A DNA stretch of 10,420 bases from a metagenome: the sequence record Ga0181581_10004889; one strand, 5' to 3'. The notes under the pieces were generated by a model. It ran no database searches, had not been told where the DNA came from, and saw only the letters and a list, made by a program, of their open reading frames with translations. Shown here in pieces: positions 5,279 through 10,420 of the stretch; position 1 is the stretch's first letter, and each line of letters opens with the position of its first letter. The translations under genes were made by a program, and so were the position numbers.

Positions 5279-5285
5279 CGGTCGC

Positions 5286-5318
5286 GCGCGGCGCGGCGCG
5301 GCGCGGCGCGGCGCGGCG
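5286..5318. repeat. (GCGCG)6 pentanucleotide tandem repeat in the 5' leader of VPS20
   Basis: gcgcg x6 plus gcg read directly. It lies 8-40 nt upstream of the VPS20 ATG, inside the 121-nt spacer that follows the AAA+ gene stop at 5400. Confidence 0.95.
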
Positions 5319-5399
5319 ACGAGTACGGTGAGGGGTGCGTTGAATCACACTCTAACTAGAGGCGGCGGCGGTTGAGCCCGCGCCGCCGACGCGGTCGGT

Positions 5400-8300
5400 T
5401 CATCGGACGACGCCCGCGAGCGCGCGCGCGCGTTCGTCCGCGATGAACTGGATTCGTACGTCGTCTATCGCACGACGGATGTCCTCGAGCGTGCGCGAGG
5501 AGGCATCGCCGACGCGCGCGCGGAGCGCGTCGCGCGCCGCCTCGAAGACGTCGTCGAATCGAAGACGCGGAGGCGCGGCGGCGGCGTCTCGGACGCGCGC
5601 GGGCGTCTGCGCCGTCTCCTGGCCGTCGTCGACGATGGGTGTTGACGATGAAGGACGCGCGTCGGGCGCGGAGGCGATGGCCTTGGCGCTCGCGGCCAAG
5701 GCTTCGTCGTACTCGGCGTCTCTCGCCGCGTACTCGTCGTAGAGTTTGGAGACGCCGAGGTGAAGCCAGCTCTCGAGAGTGTCCACCGCGCTGAATCCCA
5801 AAGACGCGACGGGCTTGTGGAAATTCGAGTGCGTGTTTTGCCGAGGTTTCAAAGCCTTGGCGCACGAGCGAAGATCCTTGATGAATTTATGAGGATCGCC
5901 GATTTTACGATCGAGCGCCAATCGCGCGAGCCTGCCTGCTTGCTCGGAACGATCGAAAAATCGATCGAAACGACGCGTCTTGAAGAGTTCTTTCGTGCAC
6001 TTGGCGATGGCGGCGCGAACGATGGCTCGAGACCGTCTGACGCGCACGCGAAGCGCCTCACACGCGGCTTCGTTCGTGTCCACCTCGGACGTCGCCGACG
6101 CCGCGACGCTCGCCGCTCGCGCCGCCGCGTCCGACGCGCTCTTGGCGGTGATACGACGTCTCGCGTCGTCGTACGCCGCCGGCACGTCCACGGATGCGAT
6201 CTCGCGCGCGGCGCGATCGACGCACGCGAAGACGGAGGCGTCATCGAGACGAGGCTCGACGTCCATCGCGACTCCGGCGCACTCGAAAAAGTGTCGAATC
6301 GCCCCCGGCACGGCGTCCCTCGGCGCGTTCACCGATCCAACGACGTACAGGCCTCCCTCGCCCGCGTTCGTCGGCACGTAACAGTCCGCGACCGTGCTCT
6401 GCACGAGATCCCACAGCGCGCTCGTGGTGACGCCGACGACCTCGCCATCCGCCTCGGCGTAGCTCGCCAGCGCCCACGATTCCAAATCCGGCATGACGAG
6501 CGTCGTCTTCGTCTTGGACGCTTGTCGAAGAGGTTCGAGCAGCGCCGGTCCGACGCCGCGAGCCGCGTCGCCATCACCGTGAGAGATGAGCGTGGGGAGA
6601 TTGATCAAGTGCGACGACGTTCCGCTCAGGGCGTGGAGGATGACGTCCATGGTTTCTCGCTGACCGTCGTCGGGGCGACCGGAGAGGAGCAATCGACATC
6701 CCCCTCGATCGTCGCTCGGCACGAGCTTGTCTTTCTCTTCGGCGGCGACGTCGTCGTCTGCGTCGTCACCGTCGTCACCGTCGTCGGACGCCTCGAGCGC
6801 GTTCGGCGCGGACGCGTCGCTCATCCCTCGACTCGCCGCCACGGCTCCCGCGTCGACGAGCGCGCGCTCGAGCGCCGCCGCGTCCGACGCCGCGCGCGCC
6901 ATCTCCACCGCCGCCAAACACTTGGACGTCGTCGGCGCGCCGCGCTTCACGCACTCCACCACGGCATCTCGCACGACGCGATCGAGCATCGGACACAAAA
7001 AGTGTTCCAACGATTTACCTCGAGGCACGAGCGCGGCGGCGGCGCTTCTCGCCGAACACGCGCTCGAAGACGTCGACAGCGCTCTCGTCCAATCGCGCGA
7101 GGACACGGACACGCCCTCGGCGCGACTCTCTCGGTGCTTGCTCGCCAGCGCTCGAGCGCTGGTGAGCGCCTCGAGCGCGCGCTCGCGCGTCTTGGTCGTT
7201 CCTTCGATCGCGTCGACGTCGTTCGATAAGACGACGACGTCGACGTTTGGTCGAAACAATTGCATCCACGCCTCCTCGCCGGCGAAGAGATTGGAATCGT
7301 CGTACTGTAAGCGATGACTGACGGTGTTTCGATCGTACCCGACGATCGTGGCGTCGTGATGCGCGTCCTCCAGAGGCCAACGCACGCGCACGCGCGTCGC
7401 GAGGGCGTCGAATTGCTCGAGCGAGATTCCGGCGCCGACGTGTCCCGACGCCGCCGCTCGCCGCGCGTCCTCGAGCGCTCGAATCGCGCTCTCCGGCGGA
7501 GGTAATTTCGCCTCGAGTTCAGCGCCGAGCGAATCGCGCGTGGGATCACCGCCGAGCAGAGACGGACACGCGCGCATGAGCGCGCTCATGAGGGCGGCGT
7601 TGGCGATGGCGCGCAAGTCGGCGCCCGCGCAACCCTCCGTGCGCTCGGCGACGGCGTCGAGCGTCTCGCGACTGGGACGCGGCGTCCACGCGCGAGTGTG
7701 TACGGCTAAAATCTTCGCTCGAGCGTCCGCGTCGGGAAGTCCGAAGAAAAGCTCGCGATCGAACCGTCCGGGGCGTCGAAGCGCGGGATCGACGGCGTCC
7801 GGTCGGTTGGTCGACGCGACGACGACGACGGAGCCTCGGCCGGATAAGCCGTCCATGAGCGCGAGCAGCGTGGCGACGACGGAGGAGTGAATCTCGTCCT
7901 GCGCGCCGGCACCGCCACCGCCTCGACGCGCCGGCGCTAAGCCGTCGATTTCGTCAAAGAATATGATGCTCGGTTGTCTCTTTTCAGCCTCTTCAAACAA
8001 GAGACGAAGCTTGCGCTCGGCTTCTCCGCTGTACTTGCCCAAGCAATCGGCGCCGAGACGACTGAAAAAGCTAATCGGTCGTGGACCCTTGGCGGCGGCG
8101 CCGAGGAGCGCGCGCACGGCCGCCGTCTTACCCGTGCCCGGAGGCCCGTGCAAGAGGACGCCGCGCGCCGCGCCCGCGCCGAGACTCTCAAACATTTCCG
8201 GATACGTCAACGGCAAGAGGGTCATCTCCTTTAGCGTCTTGACGTGTTCCTCCATACCCGCGAGGGATTCCCAACCTTGGGAATAGATGGACGTCCCGAG

Positions 8301-9215
8301 CCCGCCTCCGACGACGACTCGCGGAATCTCGCTCTTATCTTTCTCCAATCGTCGCGATTCCCGAAGCTTGAACGCTTCGTCGTCGTCCGCGATGGCGCCC
8401 GTGCTCTTCTCTCTCTCGGCGTGTAACCGAACGCCCGCCTCCATGACGGCGCGGTAAATCGCCCCCTCGTGCGTGTTCATGAACTTATCGTCGTTCAATT
8501 TGACCCGCTTCTTATTCTTCTTCCTCTGTTTCCTTCCTCGACTGATCTCCGCCGCCGCTCGAATCCTATTCAAAATCGGCGTCGCGCCCGCCGCCGCCGC
8601 CGCCGCCGCGGGCCCGCTCGCCCCCACGACGACACCGTTCGCGCCGCCCTCCGCCGCCGCGCCCGACGTCGACGCCCCCTTCGCGTCTCGCGTCTCTCCC
8701 TCTCCTCGCCCGTCCTCCTCTCTGTTCAACGCCTCCGCGTCCTCCACGCCCACGTCTTGCCACCTCGCGTCCGCCCGCTCGCTCGCCAAACGTCTCGCGT
8801 GTCTCGGACACGCCAACAAAAATTCGCTCTGCACGAACGAGCACCCCGCCTCGTGCGCGCACTCCAAGTGATAACTCCTCGGACACGCCTCCACCGCGCA
8901 CCCGATCGCCGCGCCTCGCCCTTTACACCACGCGCACGCGATTTGTTTCGCGCGCTTGAGCGCCGTCTCCAACTTTTTCAACTTCTCCACCCTCGCGTCA
9001 AAGTACACCTCCGGGCACCACAACGCGCACGCCTGGTGGGTGTACTTTGGCACGACGTCCCTGTCGTCGCACAGGATCGGTCCGACGACGTCGTCGGCGT
9101 CGAGGGCGTCGAAACATCGACGGAGCGTTTTACGCGGGCGTCGATTTCTCTGCGCCCGCGGTGGACACAGCGCGCACGCGCGCACCGGCGCGGCGTTCGC
9201 GACGTCATCGGACAT
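5400..9215 (-). CDS. ATAD2/Yta7-family tandem AAA+ ATPase with an N-terminal extended PHD finger and an internal Tudor-like segment (1271 aa)
   Basis: The ORF-track start at 9221 is GTG; the first ATG is at 9215-9213. Stop at 5402-5400. Walker A GPPGTGKT is at 8124-8147 and Walker B IIFFDEIDG at 7941-7967. FFSRLGADCLGKYSGEAERKLRLLFEEAEKRQPSIIFFDEIDGLAP and STNRPDAVDPALRRPGRFDRELFFGLPD closely follow the ATAD2/Yta7 D1 signature as I remember it. A degenerate second AAA domain begins CRLLLSGRPDDGQ. Confidence 0.9.
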   Translation of the reverse strand: MSDDVANAAPVRACALCPPRAQRNRRPRKTLRRCFDALDADDVVGPILCDDRDVVPKYTHQACALWCPEVYFDARVEKLKKLETALKRAKQIACAWCKGRGAAIGCAVEACPRSYHLECAHEAGCSFVQSEFLLACPRHARRLASERADARWQDVGVEDAEALNREEDGRGEGETRDAKGASTSGAAAEGGANGVVVGASGPAAAAAAAGATPILNRIRAAAEISRGRKQRKKNKKRVKLNDDKFMNTHEGAIYRAVMEAGVRLHAEREKSTGAIADDDEAFKLRESRRLEKDKSEIPRVVVGGGLGTSIYSQGWESLAGMEEHVKTLKEMTLLPLTYPEMFESLGAGAARGVLLHGPPGTGKTAAVRALLGAAAKGPRPISFFSRLGADCLGKYSGEAERKLRLLFEEAEKRQPSIIFFDEIDGLAPARRGGGGAGAQDEIHSSVVATLLALMDGLSGRGSVVVVASTNRPDAVDPALRRPGRFDRELFFGLPDADARAKILAVHTRAWTPRPSRETLDAVAERTEGCAGADLRAIANAALMSALMRACPSLLGGDPTRDSLGAELEAKLPPPESAIRALEDARRAAASGHVGAGISLEQFDALATRVRVRWPLEDAHHDATIVGYDRNTVSHRLQYDDSNLFAGEEAWMQLFRPNVDVVVLSNDVDAIEGTTKTRERALEALTSARALASKHRESRAEGVSVSSRDWTRALSTSSSACSARSAAAALVPRGKSLEHFLCPMLDRVVRDAVVECVKRGAPTTSKCLAAVEMARAASDAAALERALVDAGAVAASRGMSDASAPNALEASDDGDDGDDADDDVAAEEKDKLVPSDDRGGCRLLLSGRPDDGQRETMDVILHALSGTSSHLINLPTLISHGDGDAARGVGPALLEPLRQASKTKTTLVMPDLESWALASYAEADGEVVGVTTSALWDLVQSTVADCYVPTNAGEGGLYVVGSVNAPRDAVPGAIRHFFECAGVAMDVEPRLDDASVFACVDRAAREIASVDVPAAYDDARRRITAKSASDAAARAASVAASATSEVDTNEAACEALRVRVRRSRAIVRAAIAKCTKELFKTRRFDRFFDRSEQAGRLARLALDRKIGDPHKFIKDLRSCAKALKPRQNTHSNFHKPVASLGFSAVDTLESWLHLGVSKLYDEYAARDAEYDEALAASAKAIASAPDARPSSSTPIVDDGQETAQTPARVRDAAAAPPRLRFDDVFEAARDALRARVGDASSRTLEDIRRAIDDVRIQFIADERARALAGVVR
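7227..7391 (-). other. Tudor/Agenet-like segment between D1 and D2 (residues 611-665)
   Basis: VRVRWPLEDAHHDATIVGYDRNTVSHRLQYDDSNLFAGEEAWMQLFRPNVDVVVL follows the pattern seen in plant-type Tudor-like domains (hydrophobic-x-V-x-W-P-x-D...aromatic/His...I-x-x-Y-D...H-x-L-x-Y-D-D...E-x-W). Recognised by eye only. Confidence 0.45.
7542..8264 (-). other. AAA+ D1 module (catalytic) of the ATAD2-like protein (residues ~320-560)
   Basis: Walker A, Walker B, a sensor-1 region (VVVVASTNRP) and an arginine-finger region (PALRRPGRFDRE) are all present in canonical order. Confidence 0.9.
8799..9176 (-). other. Extended PHD (ePHD, zf-HC5HC2H type) zinc-finger region of the AAA+ protein (ORF-track residues 16-141)
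   Basis: CALC...C...C...THQACALWCPEVYF...IACAWCKGRGAAIGCAVEACPRSYHLECAHEAGC...FLLACPRH reproduces the ePHD consensus (H-x2-C-A-x-W-x-P-E-V-x-F ... C-x2-C-x3-G-A-x-I-x-C ... C-x4-H-x2-C-A ... C-x2-H). Confidence 0.75.
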
Positions 9216-9220
9216 ATCCA

Positions 9221-9243
9221 CGACGACGACGACGACGACGACG
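9221..9243 (-). repeat. (GAC)7 on the plus strand, which is (GTC)7 on the transcribed strand, 6 nt upstream of the AAA+ gene ATG
   Basis: cgacgacgacgacgacgacgacg read directly. Confidence 0.95.
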
Positions 9244-9461
9244 CGCTCGCGCTCGCGCGAGAGAGGAGACGCGCGTCGACGCGTGCCGTCCCGACAGCCG
9301 AGGCGCGCGCGTTTCGAATCTCATCCAGTCCCTTTCCCCGTTGAGTCACGATCCGTCAAAAAACCATGTTTATCACATGTATGTATTGTCGCTCGCCCCA
9401 CCGGTTCCCACGTACTTTGATCCCGAAACCACCTAACGAGGTATTCCTTGGGTCCTCACTC

Positions 9462-9495
9462 GAGGCCGGAGGGACTCGGTGTCCCACCGGCCCTC
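9462..9495 (+). promoter_or_regulatory. GC-rich imperfect inverted repeat (13 bp of pairing, 5-nt loop) in the presumed 5' leader of the Utp12-domain gene
   Basis: gaggccggagggac (9462-9475), loop tcggt (9476-9480), gtcccaccggccctc (9481-9495). There is one A/A mismatch (9470/9486) and one bulged C (9491). Confidence 0.6.
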
Positions 9496-9566
9496 GTCGC
9501 GCGGGCGTCGCCATCCGCCGACGCGACGGCGGTGGACGCGCGCGAGACCTCTCGAGACGACGCGAG

Positions 9567-10420
9567 ATGACGGCGACGAAACGTCGACATCGATCGGCGG
9601 CGCCGCCGTCGGTGATGGAGCCGCACGCGCGCGCGGGTGACGGTGAGGATGGCGACGGAAATCGAGGCGGCGGCGACGCGGCGGCGGCGGTCGCGGCGAC
9701 GTCCACGCTCGGCGCGCGGGCGCGCGCGCTCGGGAGCGCGAACGAACGGTCGAAAGCGAGCGCGCAGGGTGATGGGGAGGAGGCGCGCGCGAGCGGGACG
9801 AGACGACCGTTGGACGACGCGTTGGGCGGGACGGGGACGGAGGGCGGCGGCGCCAAGGCGGATTCGCTCGCGGCGCTCCTCTCGCAGGCGCTGCGAGCGG
9901 ACGACGTGGCGCTGATCGAACGGTGTTTGTCGGTGAGCGATCGGACAACGATCGCGAACACGGTGGCCAAGCTGAGCGCGACGAACGCGATGAAGTTGTT
10001 GAGCGAATGCGCGGCGAGGGCGCAAGCCAAGCCGAACGCCGGCGAAAGGTGCGCGAAGTGGGCGAGGACGATACTGTTGCATCACGCGGGATACGCGTCG
10101 AGCGCGCCGAAGGCGAGGGCGACGTTGATGCGCCTATCGCAGACGATCGAGAGTCACGTGTCAATGCAGGGGTCGTTGCAAGCGTTGTTGGGACGTTTAG
10201 AGTTGGTGTTGCACGCGAGCGCGACGAGCCGGGGCGGCGGTGCGGAACGTGTGGCTGTCGAAGAGGCGGATACGATGACGACGGTGTATTCAGAGGCAAC
10301 GGATGCGGTTGATGTGTTGCAAGACGTCATGGGACGCGATCGAGCGGCGGAGGGAGGTAGTGTCGAGGAGGAGGAGGAGGAGTGGGAGACGGACGAAGAC
10401 GAAGACGAAGACGAAGACGA
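9567..10420 (+). CDS. Utp12-domain protein (UTP5/WDR43 C-terminal type, small-subunit processome), 5'-complete and 3'-truncated by the window edge
   Basis: I translated this myself because it is not in the ORF track. The frame is open from 9345 to the window end. Translation from ATG 9567 gives MTATKRRHRSAAPPSVMEPH...DSLAALLSQALRADDVALIERCLSVSDRTTIANTVAKLSATNAMKLLSECAARAQAKPNAGERCAKWARTILLHHAGYASSAPKARATLMRLSQTIESHVSMQGSLQALLGRLELVLHAS...EEEEEEWETDEDEDEDED. This parallels the human WDR43 C-terminus (SLQTLLSQALQSGD..LLEECL...VIRNTV..LP...A..LL.EL..R.Q..P.RA..L..WL.AVL..H..YL...P.L...L..LY.L...R...F..L..L.GKL.L). G-rich codon position 3 is typical of sense strands here. In-frame ATGs at 9366 and 9381 are alternative starts. 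Confidence 0.85.
   Translation, partial: MTATKRRHRSAAPPSVMEPHARAGDGEDGDGNRGGGDAAAAVAATSTLGARARALGSANERSKASAQGDGEEARASGTRRPLDDALGGTGTEGGGAKADSLAALLSQALRADDVALIERCLSVSDRTTIANTVAKLSATNAMKLLSECAARAQAKPNAGERCAKWARTILLHHAGYASSAPKARATLMRLSQTIESHVSMQGSLQALLGRLELVLHASATSRGGGAERVAVEEADTMTTVYSEATDAVDVLQDVMGRDRAAEGGSVEEEEEEWETDEDEDEDED
10365..10420 (+). repeat. (GAG)6 followed by (GACGAA)4+ coding repeats (acidic E6...DEDEDEDED tail)
   Basis: gaggaggaggaggaggag at 10365-10382 and gacgaa x4.8 at 10392-10420, read directly and in frame with the CDS. Confidence 0.9.

Larger units (their letters stand above)
9216..9566. promoter_or_regulatory. Divergent intergenic region between the AAA+ gene (-) and the Utp12-domain gene (+)
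   Basis: The ATGs at 9215 (-) and 9567 (+) face away from each other. There is an AT-richer core at ~9345-9445 (caaaaaaccatgtttatcacatgtatgtattg). No ATG occurs on the plus strand between 9384 and 9566. Confidence 0.5.

Noticed and set aside
5760-7549. Plus ORFs 5760-7229 (489 aa) and 6727-7317, and minus ORF 6947-7549
   Set aside because: All overlap the 1271-aa AAA+ CDS in antisense or off-phase frames. They have Arg/Ser-rich low-complexity composition and no motifs.
9216-9221. ORF-track start of the AAA+ gene at 9221 (MDM...)
   Set aside because: The codon at 9221-9219 is GTG. The first ATG is at 9215-9213, so the protein starts MSDDVANAAP...
8469-9344. 291-aa plus ORF 8469-9344 and neighbours 8473-8871 and 8956-9420
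   Set aside because: They are antisense to the ePHD/N-terminal part of the AAA+ gene, run straight through its start codon into the promoter region, and are Arg/Pro-rich.
9366-9566. Upstream in-frame ATGs (9366, 9381) as the start of the Utp12-domain gene
   Set aside because: They sit in the AT-rich promoter-like core with poor GC3 for the first ~25 codons, so I prefer 9567. This is not excluded, because GC3 improves from about 9460 onward. Either way no WD40 region fits.
9356-10299. Minus ORFs 9356-10030 (224 aa) and 9433-10299 (288 aa)
   Set aside because: They are antisense to the plus-strand frame that encodes a clear Utp12 domain and have Pro/Arg/Ser-rich composition. They appear in the track only because the true ORF is open-ended and was not reported.
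1-10420. Prokaryote-style features: operons, defence systems, CRISPR arrays, IS/transposon ends, Shine-Dalgarno sites, rho-independent terminators
   Set aside because: The gene content (ESCRT-III, ATAD2-like with ePHD, Utp12 processome protein), targeting presequences, polyQ and acidic repeats, and divergent/convergent spacing are eukaryotic. I found no direct-repeat/spacer arrays, no terminal inverted repeats and no transposase-like ORFs.
1-10420. Spliceosomal introns or introner-like repeats interrupting the genes
   Set aside because: Every supported CDS is a single uninterrupted frame with family motifs in continuous order. I saw no in-frame stops flanked by GT...AG that would need removal. 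The only candidate (stop at 659-661) would need an 18-nt intron, which is implausible.

Overview
This is eukaryotic, not prokaryotic, DNA. It is very GC- and CpG-rich, has a strong G/C bias at codon position 3, and carries long uninterrupted ORFs separated by spacers of about 45-470 bp with small AT-richer islands. The style fits a compact green picoalgal nuclear genome (Mamiellophyceae, Ostreococcus/Micromonas-like), but that assignment is inferred from composition only. I can support eight protein-coding genes, none of which needs an intron: (1) a 104-aa presequence plus single-helix protein (340-654, -); (2) a hydrophobic Ala/Val-rich ORF head-to-head with it (674-1258, +); (3) a polyQ/coiled-coil protein with repeated C-T-F-x-P motifs (1306-2343, -); (4) a small basic protein (2817-3329, +); (5) a transglutaminase-like/TPR protein of the SirB1-YchA family with an organelle-type presequence (3389-4582, -); (6) an ESCRT-III VPS20/CHMP6 homologue (4628-5278, -); (7) a 1271-aa ATAD2/Yta7-type AAA+ ATPase with an extended PHD finger and a Tudor-like insert (5400-9215, -); (8) a UTP5/WDR43-type Utp12-domain gene that runs off the right edge and is therefore missing from the ORF track (9567 to beyond 10420, +). 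The left edge carries the T-arm and 3' acceptor half of a tRNA with no matching 5' half. The supplied ORF track uses bacterial start codons (several 'M' are GTG or TTG) and lists many long antisense ORFs that are by-products of GC-rich codon usage, so I moved starts to the first ATG. I see no multi-gene 'system': there is no operon-like functional cluster, CRISPR array or mobile element. The items worth a second look are unusual domain architecture, very tight or overlapping gene packing, and the tRNA half.
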